Shown one piece after another: positions 15,942 through 25,143 of a stretch of DNA of 38,544 nt (its first letter is position 1; every line of letters starts with the position of its first letter). This stretch comes from a virus (Duplodnaviria > Caudoviricetes). The notes beneath the pieces were generated by a model that was not told the origin of the DNA, ran no database searches, and saw nothing but the letters and a program-made list of their open reading frames with translations. A program made the translations under genes and the position numbers. The DNA is taken from positions 1 to 38,544 of the IMG/VR virus record IMGVR_UViG_3300034008_000092, one strand, 5' to 3'.

Positions 15942-17117
15942 CTAATAGCCCCCGCCGTTAGCCGCGTAGCGTTGGGACGCGGTGAGGTGCTGGTGTCGAC
16001 CCGCCCGCGGGGCCGGGGCCGGCAGTTCCGACTGCAGCAGCGCGGGCAGCATCGGCTGAAAGCCGGCGGCTAGCACCAGCTGCTCATCGGTGCACTGCAT
16101 CAGCAGCACTAACACATCGGCCGGGGTGCCGGGGGTGTCGGCCATATCGATGAGGGCCGACCGCTGCCAGGGCTCCAAACCGGCGCTGAGGCTGGCCGCG
16201 GCCAGGCCGGCAACGTCATGCTCAGCTGCACCAGCTGCTGCCAGCAGCTGCACCGTTTCGGTTTTGGTGCTGCCATCGCTGCCGCGGTACACCGTTACCT
16301 CCTTTTTGCCATCGGTGCCGCTCACCACCGGCGTAAACGTAACGGGCCCCTCCCCTGCCGGCGGCACCAGCGGCACCAGCTGCAGGGTGGCCCGCACCCC
16401 TCCGCGCACGGTGTAGGGCACCGGGTGGCCAGTGGCCAGGAACGCCGGCGCGGCCTCCCTATCTTCCATCAGGATGAGGGCACCGCACTCGCTCACATCA
16501 TCCAGCGCGGCCCCGATGCTCTCATGCCGGCGCTCAGTCGGTGCGCCGGTGTGGTGGTGGAACGTCACCAGGTAGGGGCCGGTGCCCACTTCCGCGGCCG
16601 GGGCAACCTCAACGGCGGCCAGCTTTTTGCGGGTGCCGTTGCATTTTTTGCAATCTGCGCCGTGCCGTGGCCCAACGCCCGAACCAAAACAGTACCCGCA
16701 AGATTCGTCGACAACCTGCACCTCAGCCGCGGCGGCCACCTTCGCGGCGGCGGCGGCCTCCGTGATGCCGGAGGCGGCCCACTCGTTATTTTTCTTTGCC
16801 TCAGCCCGGCGCTCCGGAGTCGAGTCGACTCGCTCAGCATTGGCATACACCCAAGGCAGGACAGTGCTACGCACATCAAACGAATAGTAGGCCGAGGCGC
16901 TGAGGGCGCTATTTATCGCGCTGGCACTGGTGCCCTGCTCTTTCACTTCGTAGGCATCGGTAGCCCACCCGGCCGTTAGCAGCTGCTGCATTATCAGAGC
17001 CCGCACGGCCGCGGCAGAACTGGCGTAGGTGGTGATTTCGGTCTTTGGCTTGCCGGCTCCTTCGATGCTGAGGTAAACCTGCAGGATTTGGGCGGTTTTG
17101 GTGGTTGTAGTGCTCAT
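15942..17117 (-). CDS. Early protein with DnaJ-type CxxCxGxG zinc finger
   Basis: CGYCFGSG...CKKCNGT. Start refined to MSTTTTK because the ORF-track start overlaps a TAGCTTTG promoter box. Confidence 0.65.
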   Translation of the reverse strand: MSTTTTKTAQILQVYLSIEGAGKPKTEITTYASSAAAVRALIMQQLLTAGWATDAYEVKEQGTSASAINSALSASAYYSFDVRSTVLPWVYANAERVDSTPERRAEAKKNNEWAASGITEAAAAAKVAAAAEVQVVDESCGYCFGSGVGPRHGADCKKCNGTRKKLAAVEVAPAAEVGTGPYLVTFHHHTGAPTERRHESIGAALDDVSECGALILMEDREAAPAFLATGHPVPYTVRGGVRATLQLVPLVPPAGEGPVTFTPVVSGTDGKKEVTVYRGSDGSTKTETVQLLAAAGAAEHDVAGLAAASLSAGLEPWQRSALIDMADTPGTPADVLVLLMQCTDEQLVLAAGFQPMLPALLQSELPAPAPRAGRHQHLTASQRYAANGGGY

Positions 17118-17146
17118 TTTGTCAGTGGTTTTGTGTTGGGATGCCA

Positions 17147-17192
17147 CAAAGCTAATGAAAACTTACACACTTTTACACAAACTATCACAAAA
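17147..17192 (-). promoter_or_regulatory. Early promoter with 34-bp operator repeat (copy 1)
   Basis: TAGCTTTG at 17147-17154 (- strand); 17159-17192 is identical to 27027-27060. Confidence 0.75.
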
Positions 17193-17219
17193 TAAGCAAG
17201 TGCCGAGGCCTTGAAACGC

Positions 17220-17246
17220 AAAAAGCCGCTGAAATTCAGCGGCTTT
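17220..17246 (-). terminator. Intrinsic terminator
   Basis: AAAGCCGCTGAA-a-TTCAGCGGCTTT with a T-tract on the - strand, after the 17269 gene. Confidence 0.7.
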
Positions 17247-17268
17247 AAGCACAAAAGGAGGTACAAAA

Positions 17269-17928
17269 TCAGGCAGGCGGTGCTCTGTACAGGCTTTCTA
17301 CGTCGATTTTGGCCGGTTGGTTTCCGTAGTGGAAACGGTCAAAATACGGCTGAGGCTCCGGCGCGGGCTCCGGCTCATCGGGAAACTTCACCTTGCCGAG
17401 CTCAAAAGCGAGGGCCTGCTGCCAGGTGAGCAGCGGCCGGGTGATTTGCAGCGGCCCGGGGCCCACCTGCACCAGGGGCTCACCGACTCCGAACAGCACC
17501 CGGCCCCGGGTAACGCCGGGCCCCTCCCCTATCGGTTTGGAGTCGAGGGCAACGATGAGCACCCCCTCCGGATAGCGTCGCATACTCAGCCGGCCGGCAT
17601 AGTCGGGCAGCGTGTCGGCCGAGGCCTCCGATTCCCCGGCCAGCTGCAGGGACTCTACCAGCAGCCGGGTAAACCAGGCCTGCTCATCTTCCTGCAGCTG
17701 CTGCTGCACCTGGTGCAGCGCGGCCTCCGGCGGCTCCGGTGCCCCGTCGATGAGCGAAGCGGCCGACGGGCGCGGCACTGGCCGGCGTTCCGGACGGTAG
17801 CGGCCCGCCGGCCGAAAGTCGAGGGGTGGCCAGGTGCTGCGCGGCAGCATCTGCTCATAGAGGCGCTGCACATCGGCCGCGTTAATCGGCTGGCAAAGGT
17901 TCGGGGTAGGGGTAGGGGTTGGCTCCAT
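17269..17928 (-). CDS. Hypothetical protein
   Basis: ATG at 17928 overlaps the upstream TGA. Confidence 0.6.
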   Translation of the reverse strand: MEPTPTPTPNLCQPINAADVQRLYEQMLPRSTWPPLDFRPAGRYRPERRPVPRPSAASLIDGAPEPPEAALHQVQQQLQEDEQAWFTRLLVESLQLAGESEASADTLPDYAGRLSMRRYPEGVLIVALDSKPIGEGPGVTRGRVLFGVGEPLVQVGPGPLQITRPLLTWQQALAFELGKVKFPDEPEPAPEPQPYFDRFHYGNQPAKIDVESLYRAPPA

Positions 17929-18275
17929 CAGGCAGCAGCAGAAAAGAAAATTTGATTGAGCTCCGAAACCAGGCCGCGGCCACCCTGCAGGGCGAAGGGC
18001 AGCACGTACCACTGCACAAACTGCTCCCAGGTGATAACCAGCTGCACCGACCACTGCAGCAGCTGCAGCAGCTGGTGCTCACTGAGCACGTAGCCGCACC
18101 GCACCAGGTGCAGGTACGGCCCGGCTAATTCTTCGTAGGGCAGGAACGTGGCCAGGTGGCAGCGGTCGATGATGAGCAGCTGCTCATCGACCTGCTCAGC
18201 CGTGGGCAGCACCGCCTGCAGCACCTTGCGGGTGTTGGCTTTTTGATAAATGTCGAGGTGCTTAAAAGCTGGCAT
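17928..18275 (-). CDS. Hypothetical protein
   Basis: Abuts neighbours on both sides. Confidence 0.6.
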   Translation of the reverse strand: MPAFKHLDIYQKANTRKVLQAVLPTAEQVDEQLLIIDRCHLATFLPYEELAGPYLHLVRCGYVLSEHQLLQLLQWSVQLVITWEQFVQWYVLPFALQGGRGLVSELNQIFFSAAA

Positions 18276-18887
18276 TTAGTTGGTTTCCTCCGCAAAAAAG
18301 AACTGGTGCCAATTCGAGGGACGAAATTCCCGGCTGAAAGGTGCCGCCACTAGCACCGGGTGCTCAGCCAGGTGCCCGGTAGCATCTTCGCGGGCCGACT
18401 CGTTACGTAGCACCCCCTCCGCGTGGGCCCACCGGTCGGCATCGCTGAGGGCCTGCCAGGCTTCAGCATCACCGGCGAAACCTTCAGCCGTTGGGAAGAA
18501 TTCGCCCGCGCTGCAGTAGATAAAAACCGGCTCATCATCGCGCTGCAGCAGCAGCATAGTTACCTCCGGCCAGCCGGCCTCAAATCGGAGCACATCGGTA
18601 TCGATGCCGCGGCGAATCAGCTCAGCCAGCCAGGGCCGGTTTGGGCCATCGACCCAAACAATGTTTTCAATCTGCCCGCTGAGGCGGGCCACTAGCACGG
18701 CCATATCGTTGCCCAGCTGCAGGCAGGCGTTAAGGTCGGCAACGGTCGGCAGCACCTGCCCACTGCTCCGCACCCGGCCGATAGTGAGCTGCCGGTGCAC
18801 CTCACTGCAGAGGCGGTAACGTTCGGAGCCCTGCACCACCGCCGGGGCCTCCGCGGTGCTGGCTGACTTGAAATAAATCCTGCTCAT
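18276..18887 (-). CDS. Hypothetical protein
   Basis: 203-aa ORF, first gene after a terminator. Confidence 0.65.
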   Translation of the reverse strand: MSRIYFKSASTAEAPAVVQGSERYRLCSEVHRQLTIGRVRSSGQVLPTVADLNACLQLGNDMAVLVARLSGQIENIVWVDGPNRPWLAELIRRGIDTDVLRFEAGWPEVTMLLLQRDDEPVFIYCSAGEFFPTAEGFAGDAEAWQALSDADRWAHAEGVLRNESAREDATGHLAEHPVLVAAPFSREFRPSNWHQFFFAEETN

Positions 18888-18948
18888 TGGTCTGTACCTG
18901 CTCTTTTTTTGATGTTAGGACAATGAAGGTACAGAATACGGGCCAACC

Positions 18949-18979
18949 AAAAAGCCCGGCCGCAATGCAGCCGGGCTTT
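18949..18979 (-). terminator. Intrinsic terminator
   Basis: AAAGCCCGGC-9 nt-GCCGGGCTTT with T5 on the - strand. Confidence 0.65.
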
Positions 18980-19003
18980 CCTGAATGAGGGCCCACCCCT
19001 CCC

Positions 19004-19342
19004 CTACCCTGCCGGGTTGGTGCAGATGTTTTGCAGCCAGCGGAGCTCATGCTGCTGCAGGTGCACGGTGCCGGTGAATTGGTAGCCGCCGGCCGGTATG
19101 TGCACCAGGTGCCGCGGCTGGCCGAGGCGCACCCCTAGCGCGGCCACCGCGGCCCCGATGCCGGCGGCGGCCCGCTCAATCGATAAGGCCACCCCGCGAA
19201 AGGCCTCCCCGCTCAGCATGATGCACCCCGACACATCGGCCAGGCCGTTGCCGAGGTGCAGGCGCACCGCCTGCCAGCTGAGGGGCGGCTTTTTGCGCTT
19301 CACCTTGCGAAACTGCAGCCGCTTAGGTTTCCTACGCTTCAC
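19004..19342 (-). CDS. Hypothetical protein with basic N-terminus
   Basis: GTG start overlapping the upstream small ORF. Confidence 0.5.
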   Translation of the reverse strand: MKRRKPKRLQFRKVKRKKPPLSWQAVRLHLGNGLADVSGCIMLSGEAFRGVALSIERAAAGIGAAVAALGVRLGQPRHLVHIPAGGYQFTGTVHLQQHELRWLQNICTNPAG

Positions 19343-19499
19343 AGATTACGGTAATAATGGCCCGGTTATGCTGAGGGCCCACCGGCACCACTTCCACCCG
19401 AACCCGTTCGGATTCCTTTATTGCGGTGGCATCATCACCCTCAAACTTTACGCTTTTCGCTCCGTCGATTTCGACAATTTTAATAATTACGGTATTCAT
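19332..19499 (-). CDS. Small hypothetical protein (55 aa), below ORF-track cutoff
   Basis: MNTVIIKIVEIDGAKSVKFEGDDATAIKESERVRVEVVPVGPQHNRAIITVICEA*; fills the gap and has the recurrent TGCA-ATG start context. Confidence 0.55.
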   Translation of the reverse strand: MNTVIIKIVEIDGAKSVKFEGDDATAIKESERVRVEVVPVGPQHNRAIITVICEA

Positions 19500-19550
19500 T
19501 GCAGTACAGTGCTTTACGTGTGGTGAATTGAATTAATTGATTTAAAGAAA

Positions 19551-19775
19551 TTATTTAAGGCAAATACCGCAAGCCCCGGCGCACTGCCGGGCATCGGGGC
19601 ACTCACCGGCCAGCGGCTCATCGGCCGCGGTGCCCTCATCGAAAGCCCGAAACAGCAGCAGCGCCGGCGCGGCCGGCAAGGTGCCGGCGGCGCGGTGTTT
19701 TACTACCAGGGCGGTGAGCTCATCGGCAAAGGCCTGGTGCTGCTCAGCCATCGGGCGCGGGCTACTCGTGCACAT
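19551..19775 (-). CDS. Small Cys-tailed hypothetical protein
   Basis: C-terminal C..C.GACGIC; start uncertain. Confidence 0.5.
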   Translation of the reverse strand: MCTSSPRPMAEQHQAFADELTALVVKHRAAGTLPAAPALLLFRAFDEGTAADEPLAGECPDARQCAGACGICLK

Positions 19776-20553
19776 CGGCCGGCAGCTGCAGGTGCTCCGC
19801 TACCAGGTCGGGCAGCGGCCCGGCGTGGCCGGCCTCATAGAGCTGGCCGAGTTGGCCAGCCAGTACCGGGCCCGACTCATCAAGCCAGGCCCCGACTACT
19901 GCAGCACCTGGTGCACCGGTGGCCGCGTCGGCCTCAGCCTCCCAACGCTGGCAGAGCTTCGTGAATTCGCGGGGCTCCGCGGGCGCGGGCACCTGCACCT
20001 CTGGCAGCAGGGCGGCCAGCTGCTTATCTACCGCGGCCACCGACTGAGCAATTAGCAGCTCAGCCTCCGGACTAATCGGGCCCTCAACCCCGGCGCTGAA
20101 AAACTCAGCCATCAGCGAGGGGCCGGCCGCGGGCTCACAGACGCGCTCAGCATCGGGCTGCTGCTCATCGATAGGGGGCAAGGCCCCGAACGGCTGCAGC
20201 TCCGCGGCCAGCGGGTGCAGGGCCTCATCGGCACCAGCGGCCCGCGCTGCGAGTTGCTTCGCTGCATACTCCGGAGTCATAAACGGCTGCAGGTACACCT
20301 CAACCGCTGGCCAGCCGCCGGCCGCGTAGGTCGACTGCAGCCGGCGCGTATGGTTCACCGCCGGCGGTGGTGCCAAATAGTAGGACTCCGTAGCCTTTAC
20401 CGGCTTACCGGCGCGGTCGGTGGTGTAGCCGCTGGCCTTTAGCTCCGCGGCGCTGATAGCGGTCGGCACCCCGGGCGCGTAGCCGGGGGTAGTGATTTTA
20501 GCCCCGTACTCAGCCAGGCGCTGTTTTACTTTTTTGGTGAGTTGGTGGCTCAT
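19762..20553 (-). CDS. Hypothetical protein
   Basis: ATGA overlap with the upstream gene. Confidence 0.6.
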   Translation of the reverse strand: MSHQLTKKVKQRLAEYGAKITTPGYAPGVPTAISAAELKASGYTTDRAGKPVKATESYYLAPPPAVNHTRRLQSTYAAGGWPAVEVYLQPFMTPEYAAKQLAARAAGADEALHPLAAELQPFGALPPIDEQQPDAERVCEPAAGPSLMAEFFSAGVEGPISPEAELLIAQSVAAVDKQLAALLPEVQVPAPAEPREFTKLCQRWEAEADAATGAPGAAVVGAWLDESGPVLAGQLGQLYEAGHAGPLPDLVAEHLQLPADVHE

Positions 20554-20810
20554 GCTGCTGCTGCCAGAGCCTCACCAGCAGCTGCAGCAGCTGCCGGCAG
20601 GGTGGCCGTTTTGGGTTTGGAGTAAATGATGTTTTCTATCTGCCTCAGACTCAAATAGTATTCCTCAGCCAGGCAGGCAATTACGTAGGCTGAGGTATAG
20701 ATGCGGGCACCGTTCACGCGCACCTGATTGGTGTAGCGCTGATTAAATAAGTCCCTGATTTTCTGGTGCTTTTTGGCCGTGCGGTCGCTCCGGCCTTTAC
20801 GTTGGCTCAT
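20550..20810 (-). CDS. Mor/C-like HTH transcription activator
   Basis: LAEEYYLSLRQIENII matches the C-terminal HTH pattern of the Mu Mor/C family; start refined to MSQRKG. Confidence 0.6.
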   Translation of the reverse strand: MSQRKGRSDRTAKKHQKIRDLFNQRYTNQVRVNGARIYTSAYVIACLAEEYYLSLRQIENIIYSKPKTATLPAAAAAAGEALAAAA

Positions 20811-20830
20811 TTGCAGAGTAGGGGAGTAGG

Positions 20831-21037
20831 TTATTGAGCGCGGCGGCGGCAGAAAAAGTAAATAATCAGGTAGCAAACGGCCAACGTGGGCAGGTGCGTG
20901 TGCAGGGCAAGCGCGGCCCAAATCAGAAACCAGGGGGCCATAAAGCCAAACCGGCCGCGGGCGGTGTCGAGGTCGAGCCATTGCAGCACCAGCAGCACCA
21001 GGTGCTGCAGCTGCACCAGGTAGGAGCGGAGCCTCAC
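20831..21037 (-). CDS. Small hydrophobic protein
   Basis: Overlaps the upstream stop; hydrophobic. Confidence 0.45.
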   Translation of the reverse strand: MRLRSYLVQLQHLVLLVLQWLDLDTARGRFGFMAPWFLIWAALALHTHLPTLAVCYLIIYFFCRRRAQ

Positions 21038-21330
21038 CGGTGCAGGTCGATGTACACCTGCACCGGCCGCGGGCGGGGTCGGCTGGCATAGCGGCAGCCG
21101 GCGCTCACCAGGTAGGCCAGCAGCAGCCAGGGCCGGGCGGGGGCCTCACTCACCACCGCGGCCAGCAGGCACCAGCTGGCCAGCCAATCAAAGCGGCCGT
21201 GCCAGGTGTGCAGGTCGAGGCGCTGCAGCCACCGCCGGCACCAGCCCGGGGCGCTGGCCTCCATAAATGCCAGCCAGGCAGCCCAGATTAACAGAGCAGC
21301 CAGGGAACAAAGCAGTAACGGTATTACCAT
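21034..21330 (-). CDS. Membrane protein
   Basis: Multiple hydrophobic Trp-rich segments; first gene after an AT-rich intergenic region. Confidence 0.55.
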   Translation of the reverse strand: MVIPLLLCSLAALLIWAAWLAFMEASAPGWCRRWLQRLDLHTWHGRFDWLASWCLLAAVVSEAPARPWLLLAYLVSAGCRYASRPRPRPVQVYIDLHR

Positions 21331-21530
21331 AAAAGGGACTTAATCAGTAATGTTATGTACTCTATTTATTTGGTGAAATTTTGGGACTACTAAGCTACTA
21401 CAGCCCCGGCAGATACTTTTTATAGTACAATTTTGAGGCCACTCCCCGGCCTGCCCAGGGTGCAACAAAATAGCCCCCGGCCGGGGCCGGAGGCTAGTCG
21501 AAGCATCTCTACCGCGGCAGCACCTGGTGC

Positions 21531-21941
21531 TCAGCTGCCGGCCGCTGCGCCGAACTCGTTCGGCACGGTGCCCAGCTGCGCGGCCACTAGCAGCAAACCC
21601 TGCCAAGCCTGCCGGTCGGCCGGGCCATAGAGCGGCTGCTGCATCGTATCGAGGGAAGGCCGGCCCGCGGCCACCGCGGCCCGCACGGAGTCTTTTCTCA
21701 GCCACTGGCCAACGTCCTGCACCAGCTGCTGCCGCACATCGGGCAAGATGTTGGGCAACGTCTTAGCCAGGGCAAAGCAGAACTGCCGCGCCGGCTCACC
21801 CGGGCGGCCGAGGTTGTAGCGCGTGGCATCGATGAGCAAAAAGCCGAGGCTGAGGTGCCCGACCTCATCAGCCAGGTAGGCCGTGGTAGGGCTGTAGGTT
21901 GGGTGCTGAGGCGCGGGGGTTGAGGGTTGAAGGGGCTCCAT
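21531..21941 (-). CDS. Hypothetical protein
   Basis: ATG ORF following the nuclease gene. Confidence 0.55.
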   Translation of the reverse strand: MEPLQPSTPAPQHPTYSPTTAYLADEVGHLSLGFLLIDATRYNLGRPGEPARQFCFALAKTLPNILPDVRQQLVQDVGQWLRKDSVRAAVAAGRPSLDTMQQPLYGPADRQAWQGLLLVAAQLGTVPNEFGAAAGS

Positions 21942-22260
21942 AAGTAGGGAAGTTTTTCGGAGTTTTGGGGGGCGTGGTGATGATTTTCAGCCCCTCATCA
22001 AAGGTTTCTATTACGTGATACTCACCACCGCGCCAAGTGTCTTTAAACGCTGTTTCTCCGGCGGTGAGCTTGCGGCCGCTTTTGGGCTGAGCCGGGTCTT
22101 TTATTTCAAAAATGAAGTTTAGGCCGCGGTAGCCCACCAAAATATCAAAGCCGTTCGGCACCTGGTGCACGTCGTGCACGGAGGCCCCGACCGCCTTAAA
22201 CTGCCGAACGATTGCGGCGTGATTCCCGTCCACCCGGGCGGCTGTTCTAACTTTTGCCAT
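21868..22260 (-). CDS. VRR-NUC-like PD-(D/E)XK nuclease (Holliday junction resolvase candidate)
   Basis: AARVDGNH..IV...GFDILVGYRG.NFIFEIKD...KLTAGE..F..TWRG; start refined to MAKVRT. Confidence 0.8.
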   Translation of the reverse strand: MAKVRTAARVDGNHAAIVRQFKAVGASVHDVHQVPNGFDILVGYRGLNFIFEIKDPAQPKSGRKLTAGETAFKDTWRGGEYHVIETFDEGLKIITTPPKTPKNFPTYGAPSTLNPRASAPNLQPYHGLPG

Positions 22261-22732
22261 CGCGCCGGGGGAATTTCTCAGCCATTGCCAGGCACTTTTT
22301 GCAGGTCGGGGCCGGCCAGTAGTAGCCCTGTGCGCCTCCGGTGCCATCGGAGTGCAGGATTTCGTGCGGGCTATCTTCCGGCTCATAGCGCACCTCTCCG
22401 GTGTCGGTGTCGAGGCTGGCCATACAGAGCCAGTCCCCGGGCTCCCTATCGTAGCCGCGGCCATCGATGAGCAGCTGCACCCGGTCGGTGGCCAGCATCT
22501 GAATGTGCAAGGCCAGCGGCCCGCGCTCCCAAACGGAGGGGCCCTGAAATTTGGGCCGCACCTTGCCCACTCCCCAGGGGAAGGGGAGGCGGGCGTTGAG
22601 CTCCGCGGTGGCCTGCTCATTCTGCCGGCGTAAGGCCGCGGCGTTGGCGCGTGATTCGTCGGCATCGGCCTGCCGGTGGGCTTGTTCCCGCGCCCGGTCG
22701 GCCGGGGTGTAGAAACCTAATAAAGTATCCAT
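22247..22732 (-). CDS. Hypothetical Cys-containing protein
   Basis: H...C...TCKKC, possible Zn site. Confidence 0.6.
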   Translation of the reverse strand: MDTLLGFYTPADRAREQAHRQADADESRANAAALRRQNEQATAELNARLPFPWGVGKVRPKFQGPSVWERGPLALHIQMLATDRVQLLIDGRGYDREPGDWLCMASLDTDTGEVRYEPEDSPHEILHSDGTGGAQGYYWPAPTCKKCLAMAEKFPRRDGKS

Positions 22733-22775
22733 TTTTGTAGGATTTGGGTACGTTTTGGGGTGATTTGATACGTTT

Positions 22776-23774
22776 TTAGTCGTTTTTCCGACTCAGCAGG
22801 GCAAGCTGCTGCAGCCAGGGCAGTAGGTCGGTGCCGGCGGCGGCGTGGTGCAGCAGCCACTGCCTCAGCTGCCGTTTCTGGCAGTTGGTGCGCCAATGTG
22901 CGGCCAGCGGGTGAGAACCCGGCACGGCACCGGTGCGGAGCAGCTGAGCAAAGGAGCGGTGCGAAGGGGTGCGCGGCAGCTCCCGACCGATGAGCAGCCC
23001 CTCTTTGACCATAATCCGAAACTGCCCGCCGTAGTAGGGCGAAATAGCGCCGATGTGGCGAAGCCAGCGAAACAGCAGCCCGCCATCATCATACTTTGCC
23101 GGCAGCTGGTAAGCCCCCGGCCCGGGGCGCTGGCCTCCCCGCGGCTCCGGTACTGGCTGCCGGCCGGCGGCCCGGGCGGTGGCCACCAACTCAGCCACCC
23201 GGGCCGGGTAGTCGGCCTGCACATCGGGCACCGGCAGGCTGAGCAGCTGCCGGTGCTCATCGGCCCGCTGCAGGGCCCGCAAGGCCTGCGCCCGGCTGCC
23301 CTGCGAGTAGGCCGCGCACCAGCTGCGAATCGTAGGCAGCGAAGCAAGCAGGCGCTCATCGGGCTTTCTCCATTCGCCCGAACAGCCCCGGCGCATGGCC
23401 GCGCACAACTCCGCAAGGGTGAGGCCGGGAAAATCGCGCTGCACCATTTCGGCCACCGCCGTAGCCATGGCCAGCAAATCATCACCGCCGAGCAAGGTCT
23501 GAGAATGGCCCAGCAGAAACGGCACCAGGGCCACCGGCTCCAATAAATCATCGATGAGGTCAGCGGTGGCCAGCTGCTTAACCGGGCGGGCCTCCGTATT
23601 GCAGAGCAGCAGCGCGGCCGACTCAACCGCCGGAGCCAGGCCCGCCGGCACCAGGTCGGCCGAGTAGCGCACCAGGCCCACCGCGGGCCGAACGGTGAGG
23701 CCGGTCGAGGCCGGTCGGGTAGGGGCCTGCAGCGCGGAACTCATCGCGGCCCCGATGTGCAGAATTTTACCCAT
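22776..23774 (-). CDS. Putative helicase loader (lambda P-position protein)
   Basis: Overlaps the Rep end; DFPGLTLAELCAAMRRGCSGEW...SLPTIRSW..AY resembles proteins following phage Rep genes in Bacteroidota (recalled). Confidence 0.5.
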   Translation of the reverse strand: MGKILHIGAAMSSALQAPTRPASTGLTVRPAVGLVRYSADLVPAGLAPAVESAALLLCNTEARPVKQLATADLIDDLLEPVALVPFLLGHSQTLLGGDDLLAMATAVAEMVQRDFPGLTLAELCAAMRRGCSGEWRKPDERLLASLPTIRSWCAAYSQGSRAQALRALQRADEHRQLLSLPVPDVQADYPARVAELVATARAAGRQPVPEPRGGQRPGPGAYQLPAKYDDGGLLFRWLRHIGAISPYYGGQFRIMVKEGLLIGRELPRTPSHRSFAQLLRTGAVPGSHPLAAHWRTNCQKRQLRQWLLHHAAAGTDLLPWLQQLALLSRKND

Positions 23775-24756
23775 CGGACTGCCCTCCCGAATTTTGGGCG
23801 CGGAGCTTGGCCCGGGCGGCATCGATGCCGACACTACGGGCCCCAAGCTGGCCACCGGTCGACTTGGCCACCTTCACGGCCTGCTCTGCTTCGCGGTCGG
23901 CCTTGTAATCGATGTACGAAAAGGCCCGGGCCGTAGCCCGCCAATTCGTTATCGGCCGGCCCCCTTTGGTGCACCAATTAAATTGGTCGTAATAATCAAA
24001 AAACAGCTTTCCGCGGCCGGCGTGTTTGCTAATTTCCGGGTCGGGGTGGCCGGCCAGGTAAGCATCGACCATGGCCACCGATTGCGGCCGGGCCTCCCAT
24101 TTGCGCGGGTCGGAGTCGGCCAGGCGCTCATCGACAAACCCACCGCGGAGGGTTTCGCCCTCAGCCAGCGGCAGCGGCACCTGCCGGCCCTCTGATGTAT
24201 CTACATCGTTCCGCGCCCTGGTGTGCGAAGCCGACGCGGTAGGGTTTTCAACCTCATCAGAGCCCCTTTTTTTTTCGGGCCCCGCCCCACCCGTTAGAAC
24301 GTCTTTAACAACTTTAACCTCTCTTATAGTATCATCAAAATTTGATGGTTTGTCTGATGGTTTTGTTGATGGTTTTACCGGGCCGACGTAGTTAAAACCT
24401 TCCGAAAAACCATCAGTTAAACCATCAAAATCTGATGGTTTTATTTCTTCAATCGGGGGCTTAATCCGGTACACTTTCAGCAGCCGGAGCTGCCCGACGT
24501 TGCCCCGCCCGCGTTTGGCTTCGATGTAGTGAATCACCCCGCGGGCCTGCAGCTCAGCCAGGCCTTTTCTAACGGTGCCCTCCGCGCTGCCGGTGAGCAG
24601 CTGCAGCATCGGCACGTTTACCGGCAGGCTGGCCTCCCATTGCCGTGATTTGTTGAAGTGGTAAAGAATCCGATGGAACAGCCCCCGGGCCGAGTCGGAA
24701 AAAAACTTCTCATTTTCGAGGGCGTTAAACTGATTTGCATAGCGGAGCCAATTCAT
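23767..24756 (-). CDS. Replication initiator (N-terminal wHTH, lambda O-like organisation)
   Basis: wHTH LQLLTGSAEGTVRKGLAELQARGVI, internal iterons, C-terminal FFDYYDQFNW..GGRPITNWRATAR. The start could be 24846. Confidence 0.8.
   Translation of the reverse strand: MNWLRYANQFNALENEKFFSDSARGLFHRILYHFNKSRQWEASLPVNVPMLQLLTGSAEGTVRKGLAELQARGVIHYIEAKRGRGNVGQLRLLKVYRIKPPIEEIKPSDFDGLTDGFSEGFNYVGPVKPSTKPSDKPSNFDDTIREVKVVKDVLTGGAGPEKKRGSDEVENPTASASHTRARNDVDTSEGRQVPLPLAEGETLRGGFVDERLADSDPRKWEARPQSVAMVDAYLAGHPDPEISKHAGRGKLFFDYYDQFNWCTKGGRPITNWRATARAFSYIDYKADREAEQAVKVAKSTGGQLGARSVGIDAARAKLRAQNSGGQSDG
24331..24444. repeat. Iteron cluster / probable replication origin inside rep
   Basis: TGATGGTTT at 24343, 24355, 24367 and 24433; its complement AAACCATCA at 24407 and 24419; 12-bp period; adjacent AT-rich stretch. 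Confidence 0.8.
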
Positions 24757-24848
24757 CGGCGGGGCCTCCGCGCCGGATTGGGCGGGTAGCTCTGGCCGGT
24801 CGGGCGCAATGCCCATCAGTGGCGGCAGTGGTGCAGTGGCTCCCATAC

Positions 24849-25079
24849 CTAAGCGGCGGCGCTAAGGGTGGCCACCGGCAGCGGGCGCATATCGGCCAGC
24901 TGCCCGCGGGTAAACTGTTTCTGCAGTTTGCGCTCACCGCGCTGCTTTGCTTTGAGCTCAACCCATTGCAGGCCCTCCGAATCGGGCAGGCTTATGGTGG
25001 TGCCGTATCGGTTTTTCCAGGTGCCGGAGCTGATTCGCACCGGGCACTCTGAGGGCAGAATTTCAGTAGTAATTTGCAT
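24849..25079 (-). CDS. Hypothetical protein
   Basis: MQITTEILP start, packed against rep. Confidence 0.55.
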   Translation of the reverse strand: MQITTEILPSECPVRISSGTWKNRYGTTISLPDSEGLQWVELKAKQRGERKLQKQFTRGQLADMRPLPVATLSAAA

Positions 25080-25143
25080 TTGGATAAACGGAAGGAAGGT
25101 AAATAAGGAAGCCCGGCCGGTGGCTGCCGGCCGGGCTCCGTTG

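Noticed and set aside
12914-19010. KOPS-like GGGNAGGG motifs polarised toward dif
   Set aside because: Several point toward dif but counter-examples exist (about 17904 and 11228), and the host's KOPS motif is unknown.
24331-24444. CRISPR-like array
   Set aside because: Repeats are 9 bp with 3-nt gaps inside a coding region; they are iterons, not repeat-spacer units.
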